NCBI GenBank assembly: GCA_945929875.1 | Contig: CAMEOO010000002.1 | Location: forward strand, 1,813-65,812 | From: an uncultured Bacillales bacterium | Lineage (GTDB): Bacteria; Bacillota_I; Bacilli_A; RFN20; CAG-449 | DNA length: 64,000 bases | Direction: 5' to 3' | Shown here: one piece after another, positions 1 through 9,161 of the stretch | Numbering within the stretch: position 1 is the stretch's first letter | How the letters are laid out: each line of letters opens with the position of its first letter | Program-made: the position numbers and the translations under genes | The notes under the pieces: generated by a model | The model's input: the letters and a program-made list of their open reading frames with translations, nothing else | Database searches by the model: none | Told to the model about the DNA's origin: nothing

Positions 1-4
1 AAAT

Positions 5-679
5 ATGTTTCACATTTTAGTGGTTGACGATGACAAAAATACTAGATATTTTTTAAAGGAAGTTTTAGAGTTAGAACATTATACCGTAACGTGTGCAAGT
101 AATGGTGAAGAAGCTCTGAACGTTTTTGAAAATGAGCATATCGATCTAGTTATTGTTGATATCATGATGCCAAAGATAAACGGATATCAATTTACAAAAA
201 CTCTTAGAATGACAAATAAAGAACTTCCTATTTTAATGGTTTCCGCGAAGCAATTACCCGAAGATAGAAAAAAAGGTTTTTTAATGGGAATTGACGATTA
301 TATGTCAAAGCCATTGGACCATGAAGAACTTATTTTACACATTAAAGCTCTTTTAAGAAGAGCCAAGATCGCCCTTGATAGAAAAATTGTTATTGGTGAA
401 GTAGTTATCGATTACGATTCACTTACTGTTTCTGGTCATGGAATAATCCAAGAACTTCCTCAAAAAGAATTTTTACTTTTGTATAAGTTATTATCTTATC
501 CAAATAAGATTTTTACTAAAATTCAACTTATGGATGAGATTTGGGGCGTGGATTGTGAAACTGGTTGGGAAACAGTTACTGTTCACATCAACAGACTTAG
601 AAAAAGATTTGAAAATTGGGAAGAATTTGAAATAGAGTGCATTCGTGGCTTAGGATATAAAGCGGTGAAAAAAGTATGA
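5..679 (+). CDS. OmpR-family response regulator
   Basis: Receiver domain (ILVVDDD, DLVIVDIMMPKINGY) plus C-terminal winged-helix (VTVHINRLRKRF, IRGLGYK). ATGA overlap with the downstream kinase. Confidence 0.9.
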   Translation: MFHILVVDDDKNTRYFLKEVLELEHYTVTCASNGEEALNVFENEHIDLVIVDIMMPKINGYQFTKTLRMTNKELPILMVSAKQLPEDRKKGFLMGIDDYMSKPLDHEELILHIKALLRRAKIALDRKIVIGEVVIDYDSLTVSGHGIIQELPQKEFLLLYKLLSYPNKIFTKIQLMDEIWGVDCETGWETVTVHINRLRKRFENWEEFEIECIRGLGYKAVKKV

Positions 680-1719
680 AAAAGAAAAAAACTCCTGGAT
701 TACTTAGACTTAGAGTAATATTTATTATCAGCGTCGCTTTAGTGCTATTTGTCACTATTGTTGTGGTTTTACTAATTGCCTACATCTTAACTGCTGTTGG
801 TGTATTAAATACGACAAGAATTGAAGAAAACTGGTTTTTCTTAACTTCAATGTTTATTCTTGCAAGTGTCATAATCGGATTATTTTTAACTTTCTGCACT
901 AGTAAAATCGTGATGAAACCTATCAATAAGATTGTTGAAGGGATGGATCGATTATCCAATGGAGACTATTCTGTTAGAATTAAAATTGGTAAATATGGTG
1001 AGATGAAACATCTTTCGGATGGGTTTAATAATTTAGCAAACGAATTAGAAAATACAGAGATTTTAAGATCGGATTTCATCAATAATTTTTCTCACGAATT
1101 AAAAACACCAGTCGTTTCTATTAACGGCCTTATCAAACTATTAAATAGTGAAGATATTTCAGAAGAGAAAAGGAAGGAATATTTAAAAATTATCGAAGAA
1201 GAAGTTAGTAGATTATCTACTATGACGACAAATGTTTTAATGCTTTCAAAAATAGAGAATCAATCTATTTTATATGATAAAAAAGAATTTAATTTATCTG
1301 AACAAATTCGAACTTGCGTGTTGCTTTTTGAAAATAAATGGATGAAGAAAAATCTTGAATTATCTCTTGATTTTGATGAATTTAATTATTTTGGTAGCGA
1401 AGATTTATTAAAGCAAGTTTGGATCAATTTAATTGATAACGCGATAAAGTTTTCTTATGAAGGAAAAGAATTAATTATCAATATCTCACAGGATAAAGAA
1501 AATACTATTGTCGAAGTGATAAATTATGGAGAAGAAATTTCTAAAGAAAATCAAGAGAAGATATTTAATAAATTTTATCAAGTAGATACTACCCATTCTT
1601 CAGAAGGCAACGGGATTGGTTTGTCCATTGTAAAGCATATAGTCGATTTACATTTAGGTGAAATAGAAGTAAATTGTGAAAAAGGAAAAACGACATTTAG
1701 AGTAATTTTACCAATGTAA
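676..1719 (+). CDS. Sensor histidine kinase, intramembrane-sensing type
   Basis: Two N-terminal TM helices separated by a loop of only about 12 residues, then a HAMP-like segment. H-box FSHELKTPV, N-box NLIDNAIKFS, G-box GNGIGLSIVKHIV. Confidence 0.9.
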   Translation: MKKKKTPGLLRLRVIFIISVALVLFVTIVVVLLIAYILTAVGVLNTTRIEENWFFLTSMFILASVIIGLFLTFCTSKIVMKPINKIVEGMDRLSNGDYSVRIKIGKYGEMKHLSDGFNNLANELENTEILRSDFINNFSHELKTPVVSINGLIKLLNSEDISEEKRKEYLKIIEEEVSRLSTMTTNVLMLSKIENQSILYDKKEFNLSEQIRTCVLLFENKWMKKNLELSLDFDEFNYFGSEDLLKQVWINLIDNAIKFSYEGKELIINISQDKENTIVEVINYGEEISKENQEKIFNKFYQVDTTHSSEGNGIGLSIVKHIVDLHLGEIEVNCEKGKTTFRVILPM

Positions 1720-1801
1720 AAATGATTTAATAATTAAGAGTTTATTTTCAGTTTATTTATCTATGATAAATTATCCTTGCTTAAGTAGGGAGTGATTTAT
1801 T

Positions 1802-3469
1802 TTGAGTTATACAAATGAAAGATGTCTCGATGGGAATCAATTTGAAAGAATAGTAATAAATGGTGTCTCAAATCTTAAATCTCATATTGAGATTGTAAAT
1901 GATTTGAACGTTTTCCCAATTCCTGATGGAGACACAGGTGAAAATATGTACCTAACCATCAATGGTGGGGTAAGTTCATTAAAAAATGAAAATCAAAATT
2001 CTATTGGTAAAAAGGCTAAAGCTCTCGCCGATGGAATGCTACTAAATGCAAGAGGTAATTCGGGAGTAATTTTATCCCAATTATTTTTTGGTATGGCTAA
2101 TTACTTAAAAGATATCGATATAGTTGATGTTAAATCTTTTGGTGAAGCATTAAAAAGTGGTGTTAGACAAGCTTATTCTTCAGTAGTAAAACCAGTAGAG
2201 GGCACGATGTTAACTGTCGCAAGGGAAGCAAGTGATTTTGCTTGTGAAAATAGTTCTTCTTCAAGTACTTTTGGTACTTTTTTTACTGACTATTTACAAG
2301 AAATGCAAAATTCTCTTGAAAGGACACCAGAACTTCTTGAGGTACTAAAAGAAGCAGGTGTAATTGATTCTGGTGGAGCGGGATTAGTATATATCGTCGA
2401 AGGAATGAAAAAAGCTATCGAAGGAGAAGAAGTTGACCTTTCTCTAGGAGAACATAATTCAAGCGCTAAAAGTGTTGATTTTTCAAAATTCAATGAAGAT
2501 AGCGTAATGGTTTATGGCTATTGTACGGAATTCTTACTTCAACTTCAAAGATGTAAATGCGATATCGATTCTTTCTCTTTAGAAGGACTAATAAATTTCT
2601 TAGAAGGAATCGGCGATTCTATTGTCGCCTTTAGAACTGGAACGATTATTAAGGTTCATGTTCATACTTTAACTCCATACAAGGCTTTAGAATATTGCCA
2701 ACAATTTGGAGAATTCTTAACGATCAAGATTGAAAACATGACTCTCCAACATAATGAGACAGTAAAAAAGGAAGAGGTGAAAATTCCTAAAGTTCAAAGA
2801 GCTAGAAGAAAGTTTGGTTTAGTTACTGTTGCTACTGGCGAAGGATTAATAAATACCTTCAAAGAAATGGGCGCAGATGTAGTTATTGATGGAGGACAAG
2901 GAAAGAATCCTTCGATTGAAAAATTTATTGAAGCATTCGACGAAGTAAATGCTGATGACATCTTTGTTTTACCAAACAATAGCAACATCATTCTTGCGGC
3001 TAAGCAAGCAAAAGAAATTTATAAAAAATCAAATATTTGGGTAATTGAAACAAAAAACTTTGGAGACGCTTATGCAAGCTTATCTCTTCTTGACTATTCT
3101 TCAGAAAATCCTGAAATAATTGCTAAGAATTTGACAGGTGATATGGAAGGTACAGTTACTGGAATGATCACTAAGTCGATTAGAGACGCAAACATCAATA
3201 GTGTTGAGATTAAAGAAGGTGAATACATTGGTTTTACTGGTAAAACTATGTATGTATCTAATCCTTCTAAAACCGATGCTTTAGATGAATTATTAGAAAA
3301 ACTTGACGCAAAAGAAAAAAGTTTCTTAATTTGCGTTTATGGAAAAGACGTAACAGAAGAAGAAAAACAAATTATCTCAAATAAGATACCTAACATTTAT
3401 AAGAACTTAGAATTTTATGAGATAGATGGAAAGCAAGAGGTATACGATTTAATCGTAATATTAGAGTAA
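1802..3469 (+). CDS. fakA: Dak2-domain protein YloV / fatty acid kinase subunit FakA
   Basis: 555 aa. N-terminal Dak2 signature LNVFPIPDGDTGENM and a length/architecture like B. subtilis YloV. TTG start 9 nt after AGGGAG. Confidence 0.85.
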   Translation: MSYTNERCLDGNQFERIVINGVSNLKSHIEIVNDLNVFPIPDGDTGENMYLTINGGVSSLKNENQNSIGKKAKALADGMLLNARGNSGVILSQLFFGMANYLKDIDIVDVKSFGEALKSGVRQAYSSVVKPVEGTMLTVAREASDFACENSSSSSTFGTFFTDYLQEMQNSLERTPELLEVLKEAGVIDSGGAGLVYIVEGMKKAIEGEEVDLSLGEHNSSAKSVDFSKFNEDSVMVYGYCTEFLLQLQRCKCDIDSFSLEGLINFLEGIGDSIVAFRTGTIIKVHVHTLTPYKALEYCQQFGEFLTIKIENMTLQHNETVKKEEVKIPKVQRARRKFGLVTVATGEGLINTFKEMGADVVIDGGQGKNPSIEKFIEAFDEVNADDIFVLPNNSNIILAAKQAKEIYKKSNIWVIETKNFGDAYASLSLLDYSSENPEIIAKNLTGDMEGTVTGMITKSIRDANINSVEIKEGEYIGFTGKTMYVSNPSKTDALDELLEKLDAKEKSFLICVYGKDVTEEEKQIISNKIPNIYKNLEFYEIDGKQEVYDLIVILE

Positions 3470-4437
3470 TGGAATGGTATATCTACTTAATTATTATCGG
3501 ATGTAGTTTATTACTAATTTATGTTACTTTGGTGATTTTATCTCATTTAATATATCATCGCTCATTAATGGCTTCTATCGTTGAAATATATTTAAAGATC
3601 ACCGCAAAGAAACTTACAGATGAAGAAGTGATTCAAGGAATTAAAGATCTTCCAAGTAAAAATGATCAAGGGTATGAAATCCCTAAAAACATTAAATTTT
3701 CAGTCGATGTCAAAAAAGTAAATTACCAGAATATGGAAGTTATCTACTTGAATGAAAAAAGCACCGATAAAAAAGCAATTATTTATCTTCATGGGGCAGG
3801 ATATGTTCGTCAACCTCGACATCAACACATAAGTTTTGTCAATAAATTAGCAAAGAAAACTAATAAGACAGTGATATTTCCTTTTTATCCAAAAGCTCCA
3901 AATCATTATTTTGAAGAATCATATAATTTACTAACTAGTTTATATTTAGATGTATTGAAAAAATATGATGAAGTAATCGTTATGGGCGATTCATCAGGAG
4001 GAGGCCTTGCTCTTGGACTATGCGAGTATTTTATTGAAAAGAAAATTAAGCAACCAGAGTCATTGTTCTTATTCTCTCCATGGGTTAACATTAAATTAGA
4101 TAATAATCTTATCCCAAAATATGAGAAAAAGGATCCATTTATCTCTTCGTCAAATGAAAGAATATGGGGTAAACTATGGGCAAGAGACACAAATTTAGAT
4201 AACTACAAGGTAAGTCCAATATATGGAAATATGATCGGTTTAAATAAAGTATATCTATATGCTGGAACTAGAGAAATTTTATATCCTGATTGCAAACTAC
4301 TTTATGAGATCTTGAAGGATAGCAAAGTTGACGCTCACTTCTTTATTGGGAAAGGATTGAATCACGTTTATCCAATTTATCCAATAAAAGAAGCTAGAGA
4401 TACATTAAATAATATTGTAAAAATAATTAATTCTTAA
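3469..4437 (+). CDS. Membrane-anchored alpha/beta hydrolase (hormone-sensitive-lipase-type esterase)
   Basis: N-terminal TM helix, oxyanion block YLHGAGYV, nucleophile elbow GDSSGG, C-terminal His (GLNHVYP). TAATG overlap with fakA. Confidence 0.75.
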   Translation: MEWYIYLIIIGCSLLLIYVTLVILSHLIYHRSLMASIVEIYLKITAKKLTDEEVIQGIKDLPSKNDQGYEIPKNIKFSVDVKKVNYQNMEVIYLNEKSTDKKAIIYLHGAGYVRQPRHQHISFVNKLAKKTNKTVIFPFYPKAPNHYFEESYNLLTSLYLDVLKKYDEVIVMGDSSGGGLALGLCEYFIEKKIKQPESLFLFSPWVNIKLDNNLIPKYEKKDPFISSSNERIWGKLWARDTNLDNYKVSPIYGNMIGLNKVYLYAGTREILYPDCKLLYEILKDSKVDAHFFIGKGLNHVYPIYPIKEARDTLNNIVKIINS

Positions 4438-4459
4438 ATTGAAAAAAGGAGGAAAGAAA

Positions 4460-5356
4460 ATGAAAAAATTTGCAATTATTACTGATTCATGTAGCGATTT
4501 AGAAAAAGAATTAAGAGAAGCTTACGACATCGACTATGTCCCAATGCATTTTAGCTTTAATGGTAGAGATGTAGTAGCTAGTTTAGATTGGGAAGAGATT
4601 CCTGCTCCTGACTTCTATAACATTATGAGAGGAGGAACAAGAATTATCACTTCTCAAGTTAATGCAGAAAGTTATAGAGAAAAATTTACAAAATATATAG
4701 AAGAAGGATATGACATTTTATATATTGGATGTTCTTCAGCTCTATCAAATTCAGTAAAAGCTAGCTATTTAGTTAGAGATGAACTTTTAGAAAAATATCC
4801 AGATTCAAAAATTATTTGTATCGATAGTTTAATTTCTTGCTATGGCTTAGGTATTTTATGTATGGTCGCTTCTGAACTTAGAAAAGAAGGAAAAACCATC
4901 GATGAAGTTGCTTCTTATATCATGGCTCATCGCTTAGAAGTTAACCAAGAAGCAACAGTTGAAAAATTAAGTTACTTAAAACAAGCTGGTAGAGTATCTG
5001 CCGCTAGCGCATTCTTTGGCGGATTATTAAACATTAAGCCAATCATCATTTCCGATGCAATTGGACAAAATTTTGCAACTGAAAAAGTAAAAGGAAGAAA
5101 AGTATCTCTTGAAAGACTAGTAGAAAGAATGAAAGAAGAATATGCTCCTCATGAACGTCAAAGAGTATATATTGGACACGCTGATTGTTTAGAAGATGCA
5201 AACGAGTTAAAACAAATGGTACTAGAAGCTTTCCCTAATGAAAAGTTAGATATTCACGTTGGTTACATTGGCCCTATCGTTGGCGCCAGTGTTGGACCTG
5301 GAACTTTAGGACTATACTTCTTTGGAAAAGAAGTTAGTGTTAACGCTGAAAAATAA
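4460..5356 (+). CDS. fakB: DegV-family fatty-acid-binding protein (FakB-like)
   Basis: DegV N-terminus MKKFAIITDSCSDL. I prefer the internal ATG at 4460, which is preceded by AGGAGG, over the ORF-track TTG at 4439. Confidence 0.85.
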   Translation: MKKFAIITDSCSDLEKELREAYDIDYVPMHFSFNGRDVVASLDWEEIPAPDFYNIMRGGTRIITSQVNAESYREKFTKYIEEGYDILYIGCSSALSNSVKASYLVRDELLEKYPDSKIICIDSLISCYGLGILCMVASELRKEGKTIDEVASYIMAHRLEVNQEATVEKLSYLKQAGRVSAASAFFGGLLNIKPIIISDAIGQNFATEKVKGRKVSLERLVERMKEEYAPHERQRVYIGHADCLEDANELKQMVLEAFPNEKLDIHVGYIGPIVGASVGPGTLGLYFFGKEVSVNAEK

Positions 5357-6078
5357 TGGCTAAGAAATTTAAAGTACCTAGTAAAAAACAACCGTTTTTT
5401 AAAATAGTAAAAGCATTTTTTAAATTATTCTATTTTTCAAATGTAAAAGTAACTTATCTATGCAATAAGGAAGAAATTCCCGACAAATGCATCATGGTCG
5501 CTAATCATTCGGCAAAAAGTGGACCGATGGCTCTTGAAATATACCTTCCTACTTTCAATGTTAAGTGGGGAGCTTATCAAATGCTTGGAAACTATAAATC
5601 TCGATTTAAATATTTAAGAGATGTCTTTTACATTCAAAAATGTGGTTGGAGTAAAACTAAGGCTACAATTAAAGCCTCTCTTGAAGCTATATTTTCAAAA
5701 ATGCTTTATAAAGGGATGAAATTTGTTCCTACTTATCCTGATGGAAGACTAACTCTTACAATAAAGAATAGCATTGAAATACTAGATGACAATAAAGCGA
5801 TATTAGTGTTTCCTGAAGATTCTAATGATGGATATAAGGAAATAGTAACCTCATTTTTTTCTGGCTTTATCTTACTTTCTGAACAATATTATAAGAAATA
5901 TCAAGAAGATCTTCCAATTTACCCTATTTATTTTCATCTTAAAAAGAAAAGAATTGTTGTTGGTAAACCTTTATTTATTCAGAAATTAATTGAAAAGGGA
6001 ATGAAAAGAACAGAAATTGTAGAATTATTCTGTAACGAAGTAAATAATTTATTCTTAAATCATATAAAATTAGCATAA
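5356..6078 (+). CDS. Divergent LPLAT/PlsC-like acyltransferase
   Basis: Block I-like ANHSAKSGP (His kept; the Asp of HX4D is replaced by Gly) and block III-like VFPEDSN. TAATG overlap with the DegV gene. Family assignment is tentative. Confidence 0.5.
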   Translation: MAKKFKVPSKKQPFFKIVKAFFKLFYFSNVKVTYLCNKEEIPDKCIMVANHSAKSGPMALEIYLPTFNVKWGAYQMLGNYKSRFKYLRDVFYIQKCGWSKTKATIKASLEAIFSKMLYKGMKFVPTYPDGRLTLTIKNSIEILDDNKAILVFPEDSNDGYKEIVTSFFSGFILLSEQYYKKYQEDLPIYPIYFHLKKKRIVVGKPLFIQKLIEKGMKRTEIVELFCNEVNNLFLNHIKLA

Positions 6079-6105
6079 ATAGTCTCTGAGTTGGGACTAT
6101 TTTTT
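6079..6105 (+). terminator. Rho-independent terminator after the fak operon
   Basis: 8-bp stem atagtctc/gggactat with a 6-nt loop, followed by TTTTT. Confidence 0.6.
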
Positions 6106-6338
6106 GCTATGCTAGTTCAAGGTATAGATAAAATAAAAAAATGTTTCTATTACTTAACTTTTTTTGATATAATGTGAATGTAGAAATATCTACTACAGCT
6201 TTTTAATATTTTGACAAGATAAAAATGATATTTTGTTGAGATTTACTTATATATTTAAAGGCTATAATTTTAATCTACTTCGCAGTATGTAAAGCGAGGT
6301 TTTAACACGATTTGTGTTTTTTAAATTGGAGGAATAAT

Positions 6339-8003
6339 ATGATTAAAATTTATCTATGTATTATTCTTTGCGTTGTTTGCTTAGGACTTGGAGTTTTAGC
6401 AGCATATTTCATTTTTGCTTACGTAGCAAATAGAAATAAAGATGGAGCTTATAATAAAGCTCGTAAAATTGTTGAAGAAGCTCATAAAGAAGCAGAAGGT
6501 ATTGTTGAAGCGGCGGAAACAAAAGCTAAAAAAACTTTGAACGACGCTGATGAAAAAGGACAAGTACTAATTAAACAATTAAAAGAAGAAGCAAAAAAAG
6601 AGATCAATGAGCAAAAAATTGAATCTGAAAAAGAATTAAAAGAAAGAAAAATTGAATTAGCTAATAAGGAAAATCGTTTGAATCAAAGAGAACAAAACAT
6701 TGATCGTCGAGATAATGTCTTGCTTTCAAAAGAAAATGCTTTAGAAGAAAAACAAGAAAACTTGTTAAAAAAACAATCTGAGCAAGAAGAATACTTTAAG
6801 AAACAAGATGAAGAAATTAAACAAAAATATGTTACCTTAGAACAAAGGAATCAAGAAATTGATAAAGAACTCAGTAGAGTATCTCAACTTACTTTAGAAG
6901 AAGCTAGAAATGAAATTCTAAAAAGAGTTGAAGACAAGATGAATCAAGAAGTCACTTCTTATATGAAACAAAGAGAAGATGAAGCAAAAGAAGCTAGTGA
7001 AGAAATGGCAAAAAATATTTTAGGGCTAGCAATTGATAAATTCTCTCAAGAGGTAATTTCGGAAAGAACTGTTTCAACAGTAAGTTTACCAACCGATGAA
7101 ATGAAGGGTAGAATTATCGGTCGAGAAGGAAGAAATATTCGTACTTTAGAACAAATGCTTGGCGTCGATATTATCATCGATGATACCCCCGAAGTCATTA
7201 CGGTTAGCTGCTTTGATCCTATAAGAAGAGAAACGGCAAGACTAGCTTTAGAATATCTAATTAAAGATGGAAGAATTCAACCAGGAAGAATTGAAGAAGT
7301 CGTTGAAAAAGCTAAAAACGATGTTCAAAAATCAGTTCACGAGGCTGGAATTAACGCTGCCTTTAAACTTGGCTTACCAAGAATTAATAAAGAGCTATTA
7401 GATTATGTCGGTAGATTAAAATATCGTACGTCTTACGGACAAAACGTGTTAGATCATAGTATTCAAGTAGCTTATCTATCTGGCATTATGGCAAGTGAAT
7501 TAGGCCTTGATGTAAATCTAGCTAAACGAGCTGGCTTACTTCACGATATCGGAAAATCAGTCGACTTTGAAATGGAAGGAAGCCACGTTGAAATTGGGGT
7601 AAGACTCGCTAAAAAATATGGAGAAGATGATGTTGTAATTAATGCTATTGAATCTCACCATGGTGACGTTGAAGCAAAATATATTATCTCTCACCTTGTT
7701 TCTGCTGCGGATACTTTATCAGCTGCTAGACCTGGAGCAAGAAGTGAAACTCTTGAAAATTATATTAAGAGAATTGAAGATCTAGAAAATATCTGTAAGA
7801 GTTATGATGGAGTATCTACTTCTTATGCAATGCAATCGGGAAGAGAAGTAAGGGTACTTGTCGTTCCAGAAAAACTTTCTGATAACGACGCTTATAAGTT
7901 AGCTAGAGATATTAAAGAACGCATTGAAAATGAAATGACATATCCTGGTCAAATTAAAGTTTCAGTAGTTAGAGAGGTTAGAGCTACCGAAATAGCTAAA
8001 TAA
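6339..8003 (+). CDS. rny: Ribonuclease Y
   Basis: N-terminal TM helix, long K/E coiled coil, KH motif [17 protein letters not shown] motif LLHDIGK. ATG 6339 follows GGAGG; I reject the ORF-track start at 6312. Confidence 0.95.
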   Translation: MIKIYLCIILCVVCLGLGVLAAYFIFAYVANRNKDGAYNKARKIVEEAHKEAEGIVEAAETKAKKTLNDADEKGQVLIKQLKEEAKKEINEQKIESEKELKERKIELANKENRLNQREQNIDRRDNVLLSKENALEEKQENLLKKQSEQEEYFKKQDEEIKQKYVTLEQRNQEIDKELSRVSQLTLEEARNEILKRVEDKMNQEVTSYMKQREDEAKEASEEMAKNILGLAIDKFSQEVISERTVSTVSLPTDEMKGRIIGREGRNIRTLEQMLGVDIIIDDTPEVITVSCFDPIRRETARLALEYLIKDGRIQPGRIEEVVEKAKNDVQKSVHEAGINAAFKLGLPRINKELLDYVGRLKYRTSYGQNVLDHSIQVAYLSGIMASELGLDVNLAKRAGLLHDIGKSVDFEMEGSHVEIGVRLAKKYGEDDVVINAIESHHGDVEAKYIISHLVSAADTLSAARPGARSETLENYIKRIEDLENICKSYDGVSTSYAMQSGREVRVLVVPEKLSDNDAYKLARDIKERIENEMTYPGQIKVSVVREVRATEIAK

Positions 8004-8007
8004 TAAT

Positions 8008-8030
8008 AGAGAGGCTTTTGTCTCTCTTTA
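8008..8030 (+). terminator. Hairpin between rny and ymdB (weak terminator/attenuator)
   Basis: Stem agagagg/tctctct with loop cttttg. Only a short T tract follows, so read-through into ymdB is likely. Confidence 0.35.
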
Positions 8031-8050
8031 ATCATATAAGGGGGTGAATT

Positions 8051-8845
8051 ATGAATATTCTATTTATCGGTGATATCGTAGGAAAACTAGGAAGAAATGT
8101 TGTTGGTTATATGATTGAAAAACTTTCTAGCACTAGGCCGATTGATTTTATTATTGCAAATGGAGAAAACGCCACGCATGGTAAAGGGATTACTGAAGAA
8201 CACTTTAGAGAACTATTAGATGATGGAATCGACGTGGTGACTCTTGGAAATCACTATGCCGCGAAAAAAGAAATCTTTAGTTATATCGACCACTACGATT
8301 GCTTACTTAGACCAAATAATATTCATAGTTCTTTACCAGGTATTGGAACAAATGTATTTGATCTAAATGGGGTAAAAATTAGAGTGACTAATCTGCTGGG
8401 AAGAACATTTATGGCTTCTACCAATGATAATCCTTTTGATAGTTTAAAGAAGATTATCGATGAAGGTGAGCCTTCCGATATCCACATTGTAGATTTCCAT
8501 GGGGAAGCAACAGGTGAAAAATACGCTTTAGCTTATGCTTTTGATGGAAAAGTTTCTGCAGTTCTTGGAACTCATACTCACGTTCAAACTAGGGATTATC
8601 GAATTTTAGAAAAAGGGACTGCTTATATTTCAGATGTAGGAATGTGTGGACCATACAATTCAATTCTCGGAACTAGAAAAGAAGAAGTTATCAGCCGTTC
8701 ATGGACTGGTTTTCCAGCGGTGTTTGATATGATTGATCACGACGAATGTCTATTTTCAGCGGTGATTTTAGAATTTGATGATTCTACTTATGAATGCTTA
8801 TCGCTTGAACCAATTTACGAAATAATTAGTGAAGATGAGTTATAA
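8051..8845 (+). CDS. ymdB: YmdB-type metallophosphoesterase (2',3'-cyclic-nucleotide 2'-phosphodiesterase)
   Basis: ILFIGDIVG, GENATHGKG and GNHY motifs. Sits directly after rny, as in B. subtilis. Confidence 0.9.
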   Translation: MNILFIGDIVGKLGRNVVGYMIEKLSSTRPIDFIIANGENATHGKGITEEHFRELLDDGIDVVTLGNHYAAKKEIFSYIDHYDCLLRPNNIHSSLPGIGTNVFDLNGVKIRVTNLLGRTFMASTNDNPFDSLKKIIDEGEPSDIHIVDFHGEATGEKYALAYAFDGKVSAVLGTHTHVQTRDYRILEKGTAYISDVGMCGPYNSILGTRKEEVISRSWTGFPAVFDMIDHDECLFSAVILEFDDSTYECLSLEPIYEIISEDEL

Positions 8846-8889
8846 TTATTTTTTCTTAATCATAGTTTTGATTAAAGGAGAAAACAATA

Positions 8890-9153
8890 ATGTTACAACA
8901 AATTAAAGTTGCATCCTCAAGCAATGTTTCAAATGTCGCTGGAGCAATCAGCAATATTATGAGGAATCAATCGTTTTTAGAGGTTTCTACAGTTGGGGCG
9001 GGTTCTTTAAATCAAGCGATAAAAGCTATAGCGATTGCAAGAGGTTTTCTAACTCCAAGTGGAATAGAAATTTACGTGATGCCATCTTTTAAAGAAATTA
9101 CAATTGATGGAAAAGAAAAAACAGCAATTAAATTAAGAATAGAAAAGAAATAG
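8890..9153 (+). CDS. spoVS: Stage V sporulation protein S
   Basis: 87 aa with a clear SpoVS-like sequence (KVASSSNVSNVAGAI...GAGSLNQAIKAIAIARG). Conserved position after ymdB. Confidence 0.9.
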   Translation: MLQQIKVASSSNVSNVAGAISNIMRNQSFLEVSTVGAGSLNQAIKAIAIARGFLTPSGIEIYVMPSFKEITIDGKEKTAIKLRIEKK

Positions 9154-9161
9154 AGGTACTT

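Noticed and set aside
6312-6338. N-terminal extensions proposed by the ORF track (starts at 4439, 6312, 11495, 19376, 21579, 29462, 29953, 32061, 36663, 37890, 48103, 49652, 51229, 51334, 55000, 57848, 57860)
   Set aside because: In each case an internal ATG lies 5-10 nt after a GGAGG-like Shine-Dalgarno and gives a protein whose N-terminus matches the family. The longer form either swallows the RBS or overlaps the upstream gene.
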